Source of the DNA: Eledone cirrhosa
Taxonomy: Eukaryota
Assembly: GCA_964016885.1 (NCBI GenBank)
Contig: OZ024747.1
Span: forward strand, 19,344,001-19,408,000
Direction of reading: 5' to 3'
Length of the DNA: 64,000 bases
Both the position numbers and the translations under genes were made by a program. Shown here piece by piece: positions 46,144-60,080 of this stretch. The notes beneath the pieces are model-generated. The model saw nothing but the letters and a program-made list of their open reading frames with translations, searched no databases and was not told the DNA's origin. Positions within the stretch are counted from its first letter, which is position 1, and every line of letters starts with the position of its first letter.

Positions 46144-46199
46144 CCGGATGTGGCGCATGCGCAAACTGAGCATGCAACCCACACACAAACAAAATGGCG
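46144..46199 (+). promoter_or_regulatory. Putative pLTR promoter cluster: ETS-, NRF1- and YY1-like motifs
   Basis: CCGGATGT (46144), GCGCATGCGC (46153), CAAAATGGCG (46190); equivalents retained at 36263-36320. Confidence 0.5.
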
Positions 46200-46245
46200 T
46201 AGGATAGAAGAAAGGAAAGGCACAGAAACGAAGAAAGAAATCCCC

Positions 46246-46290
46246 AGTCACTGAAGAGGTCACAGAGTGTGTGACGAAAGAACTATGACT
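46246..46290 (+). ncRNA. Minimal type I hammerhead ribozyme of the PLE pLTR
   Basis: AGTCA-CTGAAGA-G-GTCAC-AGAGTGT-GTGAC-GAAA-GAAC-TA-TGACT. Confidence 0.8.
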
Positions 46291-46441
46291 ATATATATAT
46301 AAACAACTATCTGGTTGTGGAACCAACCAACCAACCAGAAATTTATAAATTTGTAAATTTATAAATATATATTAAATTAAATTGAAGTGAAAGCAACTGG
46401 TGCGTGTGTTTCTTATTGGCAACATGACCCTCCCAAAGTAT

Positions 46442-46495
<54 letters not shown>

Positions 46496-46496
46496 A

Positions 46497-46556
<60 letters not shown>

Positions 46557-46559
<3 letters not shown>

Positions 46560-47252
46560 TTTGATAGCGCTAGTCTGTGATTTAAATTCAGGAATTTTAT
46601 ATTCTTTGAATAAAAAGAACCTTCTGACGAGAATCTCTCTTTGCAACGAAGGCCGTATGGTCTCCGTTTTATTTTTGGGATTCGAAACCGATCGGTAAAG
46701 GTAACTATAGTAGGTAAAGCCAATTTTTTAAAATTTATTTTGAAACTTTTTCATTATTTACTAAACCTTGTTTATATTTGTTCTGGCTCGTTAATTTATT
46801 AACCCGCCATTGAACCACATTGGCACTTGGTTGGACAATACGTGCGTACCTTGGCGCCTTGTGCGTGAAGGGACGTATTTCATATTACTACTACCTCCAC
46901 TAACGTTGAGAACAAACCGGGTCATTCCGACTGCTGCTGGCAACAGCGGTGGCTAGTTTGACCTACCTCCTTTTGCCTCTATCTTTGCTACGGCCCTTGA
47001 TAAACCTGTTCTACATCATCCACTCTCATCCCAGGAACAGTTTTTGATAGCGCTAGTCTGTGATTTAAATTCAGGAATTTTATATTCTTTGAATGAAAAG
47101 AACCTTCTGACGAGAATCTCTCTTTGCAACGAAGGCCGTATGGTCTCCGTTTTATTTCTGGGATACGAAACCGATCGGTAAAGGTAACTATAGTAGGTAA
47201 AGTCAATTTTTTAAAATTTATTTTGAAACTTTTTCATTATTTACTAAACCTT

Positions 47253-47258
<6 letters not shown>
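46557..47258 (+). mobile_element. Partial tandem (about 1.45 copies) of a 483-bp hammerhead-containing unit; retrozyme/mini-PLE-like
   Basis: ~220-bp direct repeats at 46557-46777 and 47040-47260; (TA)n on both sides; no RT ORF. Confidence 0.8.
46619..46702 (+). ncRNA. Type I hammerhead (second copy at 47102-47185)
   Basis: ACCTT-CTGACGA-GAATCTC...GGGATTC-GAAA-CCGATCGG-TA-AAGGT. Confidence 0.8.
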
Positions 47259-47289
<31 letters not shown>

Positions 47290-47294
<5 letters not shown>

Positions 47295-47854
47295 CAGGAA
47301 AGAAGAGTGACACGGTTTGCTATACCAAAAATGTTTTTAATCTCATTGCTGACAATTGTTTCTCTGAAATGGTAGGTCTAGAGATCGCTATCCGCCTGTT
47401 TTCGCGTCATTCGATCACCAATACATAGTTGTAACCAGTCAATTCATCAGAGATTGCGAGAATGAAGGGAATACACAGGCATGGCTTCTATATATAGTAA
47501 TGGAATTCAATCAGAACAATAACAACAATACTAGCAATGCTAGCAATAAATTATTTGAAATAATCACATCAATCTAAGTAAGAAATATAGATCTCTAGAC
47601 CTACCAGTTCAGAGAAACAAATGTCAGCAATGAGATTAAAAACCTTTTTTGTATAGCAAACCGTGTCACTCTTCTTTCCTGATTTATTATTACTCCAAGT
47701 GTTAACAACATAGAAATCACCGTGTACTCGCAGCATCACTATGGAAACGCCTTGTTGAGTCAAACTTAGCCAAGCGTTGATATCATCCACTACTCGGAGT
47801 ACCCTAACTGGACTACACCTAAGTGGACTACCTATAACAATAATCTGTTATCCC

Positions 47855-47855
<1 letters not shown>
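47290..47855. mobile_element. pLTR-like insertion with 97-bp inverted arms and variant hammerhead (minus strand, 47345-47520)
   Basis: Arms 47290-47386/47590-47686; ATTGTT-CTGATTGA...GAAA-CAATTG-TC-AGCAAT; (TA)n on both sides. Confidence 0.65.
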
Positions 47856-47908
<53 letters not shown>

Positions 47909-47996
47909 AAATGTGTGAAATCCTTGGTACAGTTAGGTATATTTGAAAAAGGAAAAGAATGACTTCACTTGTAGTTCTAAACAATTTGATTTAATT

Positions 47997-48375
47997 TTAT
48001 AATTGTTTCTACATTTGGCACAAGACCAGCAATTACTCAGTAGGTTACTGGTACTTTATTTTATCGACCCCGTAAGGATGAAAGGCAAAGTTAACCTCGG
48101 CGGGATTTGAACTCAGATCATAAAGGGCCGTAACTCGTTGCTGCAAAGCATGGCATCCGACTCTCTACCGATACTGCCAATCCACCATTCGGTGAATTGG
48201 CAGTATTGGTAGAGGGTCGGACATGCTTTCCAGCATAGTTACGTCCCCCTACGATCTGAGTTCAAATCCAGCCGAGGTTAACTTTGCCTTTCATCCTTAC
48301 GGGGTCGATAAAATAAAGTACCAGTAACCTACTGGGTAATTGCTGGCCTTGTGCCAAATGTAGAAACAATTATAA
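47997..48375. mobile_element. Head-to-head inverted pair of SINEs (47997-48186 minus, 48191-48375 plus)
   Basis: Two near full-length SINEs separated by ATTC. Confidence 0.85.
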
Positions 48376-48685
48376 CATTATGAGTTGGTAGATCTAGTAA
48401 GTTCTTTGTTAACTTCGGTGGGAAGATTTTAAAAGATTCCTGGTTAATTTTCCTGGAGAACTCTCTCGCATTCGTCGGTGGCGTATCAATATGTATGAGC
48501 CATTGCCTTTCCCTTGAACGTCATCGGTGGTGTGGAGAGGCGAGGCGTGGGTAACTGTTGGTCTTCGACAAACAACCTTGCCCGGACTTGTGCTTCGGAA
48601 GGAAACGTTCTAGGTGCAAATCCCATGGTCATTGGTGGCCGAAGGGGGTCTTTACCCTATATATAAATATATATATAAATATATA

Positions 48686-48885
48686 ATAACTAGAAATTGA
48701 TTAACATATATATAAACATGAATAATCAAAGGAGATAATTTTTACAAGTGTGTAACCACACATAGCTAGGTAGGTAACTAAATAAAGTTGACCAGAACTT
48801 CAAAAATATGTGTGGTTACACACTTGTAAAAATTATCTCCTGTGATTATTCATGTTTATATATATGTTAATCAATTTCTAGTTAT
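48686..48885. repeat. 79-bp-arm inverted repeat within a (TA)n-flanked insertion
   Basis: Arms 48686-48764/48807-48885. Confidence 0.8.
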
Positions 48886-50995
48886 AAAATGCTCGGACCT
48901 ACTCGTTAGAATCTTAGAGCTTATTTTCCTGGTGATATGGCGCATGTCTTTCTGGCATGACACCCATAATTTTGATTTAGATTAAATTCATTTAATTTAT
49001 CTTAATTTTGGATATAGATATATAAATATATATATATATATACACATCTATATCTATATGTATCTATCTGATCTCTCTTTCTCTCTCTCTCTTTATATAT
49101 ATATATTCTTTTTAATTTTTTATTTCAATACTCAACATTTGATAAGATCAATTTTAATAATACATCGAAACCGGTAATACTTTATACACTTTATATATAT
49201 TATAAAACTTTTTTATAAAAGAATTGTCCCTCTCATTTTTTTAATAATGTCATCTTTTCCACACGCTACGTCAACAGTCAATACCATCACACGCTATGTC
49301 AACAGTCAATACTGTCACCGGAATAACAACACCAATTGATAAATAGAACAGCAACAACTCACAGTGCACTCCCTGCCCTAACGCACTGATCTCTGAGACA
49401 GATATACAGAGTTGATAAACGTTATACATTGAAGTTTATATTTTGCATATAGGAAAGGATGTGGACGCTCTAATCCACCTAAACTAAAAAGGGACAATTT
49501 TCTTTAGGACCACATAGGTATCATTCACGGAGAAAGAGTTCTTGATATTTCCAGTCTTATTTAAAAAACCTTATCTTTATCTTATAACGTCATTTCATCT
49601 CATAGCTCGAAGCAAGATGGATCGGCATCCAATAGAGAGTTGGTTTGTCAAGAAAGAGCTGACAATAGGAAAGAATTCCTGATTTTGATTCTACTAGTTA
49701 TTCAGTTTTGTAAAGAGCGATTCCGCTGAATTATTCACTACAACAAAAATAACTGTATTTCTAATACCTCTGAATAAATTCCTATTCTGTCTTGAACTTG
49801 CATGGACGAGAAATATCTAATAGAAAATATGATTACAATCCAGTTTCTAACTTCTTAAACTAAATTATTATTTCATCTCGAATTTCCACAATTTTCAAAA
49901 TCTGTGATTAAATTATTATTACATCTCATCTTTCAAGGAACAAGATATTTTATATCTGAAGAAGTAATATTTCTCGACAGCGGCGTTCTGCTAGAGAACT
50001 GGTTGTATGTGGCGGATAACAATACGGTCACCAGATATGATGGTTGGTTGTGATATAAACGAGCAACTGCCGGGTGAATTAGCAACCTCTGACCAACAGC
50101 AGTAAACTACCAAGGGGATAGAGCAATAGGTGACACATTTAACATTCAAGAAAGCCCTAACAACCCAGTTATGTCGCTATAATGAGGCGAGTATTATATA
50201 CTTCATACCTTGATAAAAGCTTTGCCACTTTAACTGTATTTATTTGATGATAAAATTAACAAGAATCGAATTCACATTTGACCTATTTAAACTTAATTAA
50301 ATTACCTTCCAAACTAATTATTTAATTATATAATAATTATTCGAGATTATTCAATCTTATACATCTTCCGATTGAAATATGTAACCCTACCTCCCTTGTT
50401 TATACCTAACATTTCCTTTGTGTTTTCCTAATTTACTCTACTCCACTTTAATCTTACATTATACTTGTATATCCTATCATTTATTTTCATTGACTCACTT
50501 CCATACAGTTTGAATTTAAGTTGATGACGTATTTTATATGTGTTTCTTATGACATGACATATTTGTATTTAGCTCAGTGAAAATAGTCGGATTGTATTTG
50601 TTTCGGATCAAATGTACGATATTTTTCTGTCCCTAAATTATTTTAATCCTCTTTATGCTACTTAATATCACTATTATTAGAGCTTCAATTCCAATATAGT
50701 CTATATAATATATATATATATATATATATATTAGTATTATATGTATTATTTATGTAGTTTTCAAATTTGACAGTTTCATTGTTTCTCCACATAAACTGAT
50801 ATCTGAAACTTTTTGTAGATAACACATATACATAATTATTAATACAACACAATTATATTAACGGCAATGTGTTATTAAAAGATATGCAGATTATATATTT
50901 ATCTCGTTACATACTTTAACGGAGTTTAATGAATCTTTAAATGAACATTAAGAGATTTAACAGTAGAAAATATATATTCTAATATACGCATAAAC

Positions 50996-51037
<42 letters not shown>

Positions 51038-51041
<4 letters not shown>

Positions 51042-51200
51042 AACCAGGTGGACCATAACGCACCAGAGTGCTCGATACTTAGGGGAGTAGAGTGGGTAAT
51101 AGGAAAAGAGTCACGACTCCGACGGCTGAGTTCCGACAGCTACATCCGAACTGTTCGGATGTGGCTGTCGGAGCTCACCCGTCGGGGTCCTGACTCTTTT

Positions 51201-51205
<5 letters not shown>
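51038..51205. mobile_element. Fold-back element in (TA)n, 53-bp arms
   Basis: Arms 51099-51151/51153-51205, centre CCGAAC-T-GTTCGG; homologous to 38459-38675. Confidence 0.8.
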
Positions 51206-51273
<68 letters not shown>

Positions 51274-51294
51274 GCGTGTGCGTGCGTGTATCTA

Positions 51295-51585
51295 TAGCAA
51301 CAGTGGTGTACTCAACGCTTTAATGGATAACTATCCCTTTTAGTTGTGACAAGTAAAATGAAATTATCACATGATCCATATATCAGGTGCAATATGTCCG
51401 AACACCGAAGAGCCGAACTTCCACTGTCACCGTCTCCATCTCTCTCGCCCTCCCCATCTCTCTGTATTGTGAGCAAATGGGGTCCCACGAGCTGGTCGCC
51501 CCACAGCCCCGGCGGACAGAATGGAGAAGGCGTTTCCTCGGAGGATGGTAAGGGAGATGTGCTGGAAGAGCCATTCAATTTGGCA
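51295..51585 (-). mobile_element. 3' remnant of a CRE-clade-like non-LTR retrotransposon
   Basis: A minus frame not in the ORF track reads IEWLFQHISLTILRGNAFSILSAG, resembling the C-terminal F/LQRLSxxIxRGNA motif of CRE-type RLE elements. Confidence 0.6.
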
Positions 51586-51892
51586 TATTAACATTGATTT
51601 CACAGATATAAAGAAATATGTTTAAATTCTTATTTTCTATATCTACAAATTTAGACGTATTTCTTTTACGTCTGTGAAACTAATAGTAATACATGAGTAA
51701 GTAAATGTGCTTAGGCATATTTTTCAATTCCATATTATGCGTTTATTGCTAATTTCAGTCGTTAAACCCATTTTGTAATAGATAATTTAATTATTTTCAT
51801 GTTCATCTTTTTGTACATCATATGTTTACGAAGTTTTTGCAAAAATATCAAGTTTCATACTTCTTTTTAATTTACCACTACACATTGTAATT

Positions 51893-52076
51893 ATGTATGT
51901 ATGTATGTATGTATGTATGTATGTATGTATGTATGTATGTATGTATGTATGTATGTATGTATGTATGTATGTATGTATGTATGCATGTATGTATGTATGC
52001 ATGTATGCATGTATGTATGTATGTATGCATGTATGTATGTATGTATGTATGTTTGTATGGATGTATGTATGTATGT
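51893..52076. repeat. (TATG)n microsatellite
   Basis: Direct reading. Confidence 0.95.
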
Positions 52077-54573
52077 TCTTCTGGTTTTATAATTTCACAA
52101 AGTTTTACCAATAGAGAGAGAGTCGGTTTCTATCATAGACACAAGACTCTCTCATTAGAATTTACACAACATCAACTAGGTAGATATGTATGTATGCATG
52201 TGTAGATATGGATGTTATTGTATGTGTGTATGTGTATGTTTTGAGTTATATGTGTGCATGTGTATATGCTTTGTATCTGTACATGTGTATATGCAGTTAT
52301 TCGATGCAATATTTTTTGAATGTTTTACATATTTTTACTGTTCCATTAATGGATTGTACTTGTAATTTCCTAACTAGTTGTGTTATTTCTGTTCCTGTGA
52401 AGCCTAGCTTCTCATGATTTGTATTGAGGCAGTTACTAACATATCCCAGTGCCCCAATAATCACAGGCATAAATCTGAAGGTGTAATCAGGGTGGAGTAT
52501 CTGCAGATTTCTCATCAGTTCTGCATAAATATTCTCCTTTTCACTAATCTTTGATATTATATTGGCATCTGCTGGACAGCTAATTTCCACTACTGTGCAT
52601 GTTTTCTTCTCCCTGTCCCATTTCATAATATCTGGTCTGTTATGCCTGCACTTTATTGGGGTTTTTACTGGAACATTCCACCAGTACTCTTTCATATGAT
52701 GTACATGGATGTCTTCCACATTGTTGTAGCTTTTAATGTGTTTATTATCGGGGCTATCTTTTTTACGAACTGCATTGTACAGTGTTTTGGGCACTACATC
52801 ATGCCTCATGGGTAGATAGTACCACGATGACATCTTTGGACAGCTGCTGATGACATGGGTGATATCCTCGACGTTAGTTCTGCAGAGTTTGCACTTGTTA
52901 TCACATCTAGGTGTTTTGCCTGCATCCCTATCTCTTTTGTGAATCAGGTATTTCGTGCTAATCTCATGTTCCTGGATTGCAAAAGCGTATCTTTCAAAGT
53001 GGGAGCCAATATAGCGGTTGTTGGTCCAAGATAGACTACTTTCCTTATCTATATTACTCTCACTCTGGAGCTTCCTGGCAACATATCCATGCATGATTCT
53101 TTGTTGATAGGCATGCAGTTTTTCATCCATGGATTCACTGCGATACTGCTGAGCGACACCCCTGGATGTGAGTTTTTGATTATCACACAGGGAATATCTC
53201 TCAAGGAGTTCCTTCCCAACTCTCATGATCTTATCTGTTTCATGCAGATAGACTTGCTCGAGAAACGGGCTCCTACGCTTCGAGGTTCGTAGACGTTGTC
53301 GGAGAGATATGATGCGACATTCAAATGTTGTCTGGACTGATGTTAGGCCTCTGCCTCCCTGCTTACGTTTCAAGTAAAGGCGGTCTATGTCACTGTTGAT
53401 GTGGAAGTTTCCGGTGTTGTTCAGTATTTTTCGAGTTCCAACATCAACTGCTCGGATTTCGTCTATCGTCCAGTTGAGTATTCCAAACGTTGGTGTTAGG
53501 ACAGGCACAGCAAACACATTGTGAGCCACTGTTTTGTTTTGCGCAGAGAGTTCTGATGACCATATCTTTCTTAATCGGGTGTAGTATTCCCTGGTTACGC
53601 ATTCTTTATTACAGATACCATTATAGGATATGTTCTCATCTATCCCCAGGTATCTGTAACAGTCCTCATCAGATATCGGTGAAACAGTTAGGCCATTGAT
53701 GACAATGTTGCTCGATTGGGTTGTTGTTTTCCCCCGCTTTACAGTCATGTATGAGCATTTATCTTGGCCAAAATCTATTCCTATATCCTTTGAGAACGTT
53801 GTAACCAGTTCAAGATTTTTCTTCATCCCATCCATGTTCTTGGCTTAGAGTTTCAGATCGTCCACAAAGAAATTATGGGTTAGGTTCGTATTTCCTGTGA
53901 GCCAATGATGTATCCCTCACATTTCTTGAGTAGAAAGGACAAGGGGTTTAATGACAAGATGAATAATATCACAGAGAGACTGTCCCCCTGAAATATACCC
54001 CTGCAATATTTTATTTGTTCAGTGAAAATAGAGTCCTCCCTCTCTGTCTTTAACCTTAGGATAGTAGCCCAAGAAGAAGACAGCCTCTCTATGGCTCTGG
54101 CAATAATGTCTGGGACTTTAGCAAGCTGGAGGGCCTCTATCATCCAAGAGTGGGGAACAGAATCGAAAGCTTTCATGTAGTCCAGCCAGACTGTAGTCAT
54201 ATTCCTCCTAAGTTGTCGCACCTCCGACATCGCAGTTTTGTTGATTAGGAGTTGTTCAGCACATCCCCAAACCCTTTTCTTTCCAGCTGCTTGTTCATCT
54301 GTGATGATGTTATTATTTTCACAGTGATCTATGAGGAATAGGTTCAGCCAGGTTGTATATATCTTATACATCAGGTTCTGGCATGCAATGGGTCGGTAGT
54401 TTTTTTGCCAAGTGGCTGTCTTTGTTCTTGGGGACCAGTAATGTTTGTGCTAATGTCAACCATTCTTGTATAAGTGTATCTCCCTTAAGAACTTGTTGGT
54501 AGAGGTCAGTAAGATACCTCCGATAGAATATCAGTTTTTCGTACCAGTAACCGACAATCATGTCTCTTCCTCG
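52077..54573 (-). mobile_element. 5'-truncated R4/Dong-like non-LTR retrotransposon (RT, CCHC knuckle, restriction-like endonuclease), disrupted
   Basis: WLDYMKAFDSVPH, RGIFQGDSLS, FFVDDLKL, GGRGL, CKLC..EDITHVISSC, RHD, RPDI..VVEISCP; one stop and frameshifts; (TATG)n on both sides. Confidence 0.9.
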
Positions 54574-55569
54574 TGTATGTATGTATGTATGTATGTATGT
54601 ATGTATGTATGTATGTATGTATGTATGTATGTATGTATGTATGTATGTATGTATGTGTGTGTGTGTGCATGTATGTTTCTATGTATGTAATATAAATGCA
54701 TGTATGTATGTTTATATGTATGTGGGTTTATATGTATGTAGGTTTATATGTATGTATGTATTATGCAGAGATGTGAATGTGTGTCTGCGTGTGTAATTTA
54801 CATAACATAATAAACATGTCTTCAAAAACAAAACCCGCAATTTTACACATTGCTCTTTAGAATTATTTTTCCTTGGATTTGATATTTACATACAGTCATA
54901 TGAATCTAAATTACACCTGCGTTTGATTTTAATTTATTTTACTTATAATATTGTCCCAAAATACATAAACAAAAAAACTAATCTTTTTTTTGTACAATAA
55001 CAAAATTTGTATGATTTCAAACACTCCTATTTAATATGGTCTTAAATTTCTGTTAATAGTTGTTATGAAAATAACTTCGGTAAAATCGCACCTTAAATAA
55101 TTCTATATTTTTTTTTATTTTGCGTATATGCATATTTTTGCACAATAAAATCGATTCAAATTTCATTATTTACAACCAAGACGAAAATTGGTTTTCTTAA
55201 TGTCCGTTAATATTTTAAATGTATAGAGACATATATATATACAATGTCTTTCGAAATATATTCGTGTTCTCTTTTTAACTTAAACCAGTTCTTCTTAATA
55301 AATGTAAATGCATTTTGTTTTTCTCATAATGCGAAATAATTGTTAATATTATCAACATTAAAGTTACCAATATGACAGTAAATCGTATTGTGTATATAAG
55401 TTGTAGTACAATAAATATTTTGTAAACAGTCATTACAAACCTATACATACACGCACAAAAACACACGCGCACCTACACGCATGTGCACACACGCACACAG
55501 AAACAAACAAACACACACACACACAGACACACATATATATATATATACTTATAAATTTATATATGTATA

Positions 55570-55755
55570 GGATTGGCAGTATCGGTAGAAGGTTGGACGC
55601 CATGCTTTGACGCATAGAGTAACGGCCCTTGCCATTCTGTGTTCAAATCTTGCCGAGTTTAACTTTGCCTTTCATTCTTACGCGGTCGATAAAATAAAGT
55701 ACCAGTAATGCACTGGGTAATTGCTGGCCTTGTGCCAAAAGTGGAAACAATTATT
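55570..55755 (+). mobile_element. SINE copy
   Basis: GGATTGGCAGTATCGGTAG..GTTCAAAT..AACTTTGCCTTTCAT..GTCGATAAAATAAAGTACCAGT..GTGCCAAA. Confidence 0.85.
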
Positions 55756-57278
55756 ATCAATGGTAGTTGTAGTATAGATAGATAGAGAGTAATACCACTC
55801 ATTACAATATTTCGATCATCAGTGACTCACAGCAGACAGCGGAAGAGCGCGAATTGTCCTTATGTTTGTATTTCTCTTACGTTTTCTAAATACAGTACTT
55901 GAAATACCCACAGGCAAAAAAGCCACCAAAATCAGTTGGCATGACTTTAATCACTTCATTCAGAAATGGCGAATAATTGTCTGAGTGTTGTCTTCTTGGT
56001 ACGGAATCAAGTTTTAATTAGTTTGTTTCATTTAAAGAGTAAAGAAAAAATCTGCTTAGAATTAGGACTTATGACTTTTTTGTGTATATAATTTCTTTAA
56101 ACAACTTCAAATGAATGCACGCCTGCGTATATACATACGTACATACACCTTCCATACACAGTTAGACTCATACACACACACATACATATATCACACACAT
56201 ATTTTCCCCTTTTTATTATATACATATTCACACACGCCTTTCACTACATAAACTTACATTCATGCACACACATAGATAAACCCCACTAAGCAGACTTATA
56301 TTCACTCACACACATGCATATATCAAACACCTTTTCCTAGACATTTCACAACGCGCACGTTCGAAATTTTAACGTATTTTCATTACATTTAACTTAAATC
56401 TACCTTCCTAAGAAGTTATCTCCGATCGATCCTTTAAGCCTCTCACAGGGATACCCCCTTGATAATGAGTTTTTAAACCTGAAAATATTTGGGATTATTA
56501 AATTTGCTAAGGTAAGATTCTATTGATATCTTAACAGTTTTAATTTTTTAGTGCATTGTATGGTTTTCAAAATGATTTAAATTTGTGTTTCATATAAATA
56601 TATATATATATAAGAATAAACATATATTCATATATACATATATACATACATAGTATATACATATATATATATACACACAAAAAAATTGTATGTGAGTGTT
56701 TATGTATGTATGTGTGATTCATAGAACGTTCTAAATGAGCATATCTTATGTTATATTTACTTTCTTTACCGTTAATTATTTTCAAAAATCTAATATATGT
56801 ATCTTTACACTTAACGATAAATATAAAGTTATACAACTGACCTTTTGTGATATTTTGGTTATTGCCTTACACCAATTTTCGAAGATCTATTCAATTTATT
56901 ACATCAAATTTAACACTCTATGTTTGTGCATTTTTAGTCAAATTTCAGCTAAATAGCGTTATCGTTTTCGGTGAAAATGAATATCATAAAGTTTCAGTTG
57001 GCATTCACTAGCAGTAATTCAATTACTTAAAGCTGACAAGTGTTATTTTATAAATACAGCTCCAGCTTTCTTGAATAACGGTTGGTCTTTGATCATCTAC
57101 ATGATGAAGCCGTTTTAACGTTAAGGAAACGACGGTGCAGATACTTATCAAAAGTGTGAATGGTGCCGTAGTTAGGAATGATTTTAATTGTGTCTTTATT
57201 TGTCTCCGCGAATTTCGTAGTCCAGCCATATAAATATATTAACAGCTATAAAACTATTGTGTTATTGAGGATGACGTT

Positions 57279-57472
57279 GGATTGGCAATATCGGTGGAGC
57301 GTCAGAAACTATGCTTTGCATTCTGCGTTCAAATCTCGCCGAGGTTAGCTTTGCCTGTCATCTTTACGGCGTCGATAAAATAAAGCACCAGTAACGTACT
57401 GTGGTCGATTTAATCGACTTACCCCTCTTCCCCAAATTTGCTGGTCTTGTGCCTAAATCAGAAATCATTATT
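57279..57472 (+). mobile_element. SINE copy
   Basis: Same family motifs. Confidence 0.8.
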
Positions 57473-59382
57473 GATGTTGTTCCTGAGACCCATGTGAAAA
57501 TTGTAGCAGCATTTCCTTCAATAAAGATGATCTACCATAACGTATTTCAAATATAGTATAACCTGAATTACTGTAATTTCAACTAGATAAAATATTATTT
57601 AAAAGGAAATGGGCTGCTATTTCTAACATGCAATGCAACCAGGTAGATGATCGTTCTTTAACTTTGGATCGTGATTTCTTGATATTTAAATTGATATATA
57701 TTTTTACTACCCTTGGTACCCATAAGCAGCAGATCTGACAGACATCTTTGAGTGTTCAGTGTCTTTGCCAAGGAAACATCAGTGTATTGATCATTGGATA
57801 GAAATCAACAACCTTTCTGTCGGCTGATTGCCATCGTATTGGTTCGATGTAATTCATCTCTTATTTCCCACTTAGCAATTTCATTAGAACTGATTACTTC
57901 TAATTAAATTGAATTGTCCAACCTCACACAAAATAATTCCAATATTCACGGCATCGTTTAATGGCTTCTTTGGTTGAGTGGCTATCCCCAACCCACACAC
58001 ATGTGCCTTTTACCTTAATATAGAATAATAGTTTTCAATTATTGACCAAATAGACAGTTTTTCCTTATGTGCTAAGAATGAATAAACATCTAAGTTTTTG
58101 GCCCATGAGATTCTGTTTAACTTTCAATAGACAATATGATTTTATCTTGGAACGACATTAAATTTGCATAATAAACACCCACGAGAGAATTTATCTGTTG
58201 TCAGTCAGAAGTTATTATTTAGAACAAAACATGAGGATATATCATGTTCGAAGAACTTTAAGTAAAGGTATCAATATGGTTAAATCTATTTCATAAATGA
58301 ATAAGATCATCAATTCTTTGCGTTTATGATTTGGAAGAGAATTGTAATATAATTCGAAAGATTTTACCATTAATTGGCACAATAGATTTAATAAAACTTC
58401 TTTCAGCTTCGAAATGAAAATGATAATGTTCAGTTGCCTTGCATCAAACAGTTGGTCTGCATTGATGCAATAAAACATATCACAAGTGTAGTATATATAG
58501 ACTGGACTGTTGTAGAGTCTCCTCTATGGCAAGCTACAATTAGTGTCATGTTAAATGAAATTAGTCAATTGCGATCGAAATTAAATGGAGACTGCATGTG
58601 CAGACGGTATTGTCTATAATGTTTGGCACACATTGATATCTAATATTCCGAATGGTCCTTTGCCTAACTAAAGATAAACGAGTTGATAACAATCCATCGC
58701 TGCAAAATAAATAATAAAATTGAAAATAAATAAATAAAAATAGAAAGAAAATGAAAGAAAACATTCTTCTGTCAACGTTTTTCATTTTCACCTCACGATT
58801 CAAGATTAAATATTTGGAAAATAGGCAGATAACATGCTGCATACATACTCCACTGTTACACAAGACATAGTAACAAACATGTATATTTCTTCATAAATTA
58901 AGTCTCGAACAAATAAAGTAAACACAGAAAAAGAAGTGTAGAAAATAATATTCTCACAAAATATGAAATCTGCGCAAATCATATAGTAAAACTACATTTC
59001 ATAGTTATTTCCTTTGAATGTTCAACGTACAGCAAACTCACAAATACCATAAGAATACAAAGGAACGATAAAGCCTCTGCATGGCTTTACGATCTAGTAG
59101 ACAAAGCATCGGAATATATAATATAGTTTTTCGAAGAATGGAAAAGCAGATTAGATAATATACTCCTAGAGACACAGTGCCTCAAATGCAAACAATTAAG
59201 TAACTGGAATGAATTTGATGAAGGGTATTCTGGGTTGAACAACCATTGTAAATATTAATGACCCTCAAACTTTATTTATAAAATCAAATTAACCACAAAG
59301 CATACCAAAGAATTATACTACCTGGCTATAATTTGTTTATGGGAGTAATATTTATGTAGGAATACATATGTATATACATGTC

Positions 59383-59888
<506 letters not shown>

Positions 59889-60080
59889 GTCCCTGTCTCT
59901 TTCTGCCCTCCTCTCTCACTTTTTCTGACACCCCTCTCTCTCAGTATGGTTGTGTAATTAATATCGTCAATTGTCTTAAACTGAACCTAAATATATCTAA
60001 ATTAAACCTAAGCTATTCACGAATTAAGCAAACGTAGGCGATAAACCATTTAAGAACGCAGTCACTAGATTTATAACATA

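Larger units (their letters stand above)
42661..46447 (+). mobile_element. Penelope-like retroelement inserted in (TA)n, probably 5'-truncated, ORF uninterrupted
   Basis: (TA)n on both sides (42540-42660, 46448-46556); RT + GIY-YIG ORF; hammerhead in 3' pLTR. Confidence 0.95.

Noticed and set aside
42753-46723. Antisense Val/Cys/Leu-rich ORFs over the PLE
   Set aside because: Shadows of A/C-rich low-complexity sense sequence
49135-49180. Possible hammerhead TTGATAA-GAT..ATC-GAAA-CCGG-TA
   Set aside because: Two core substitutions and no convincing stem I
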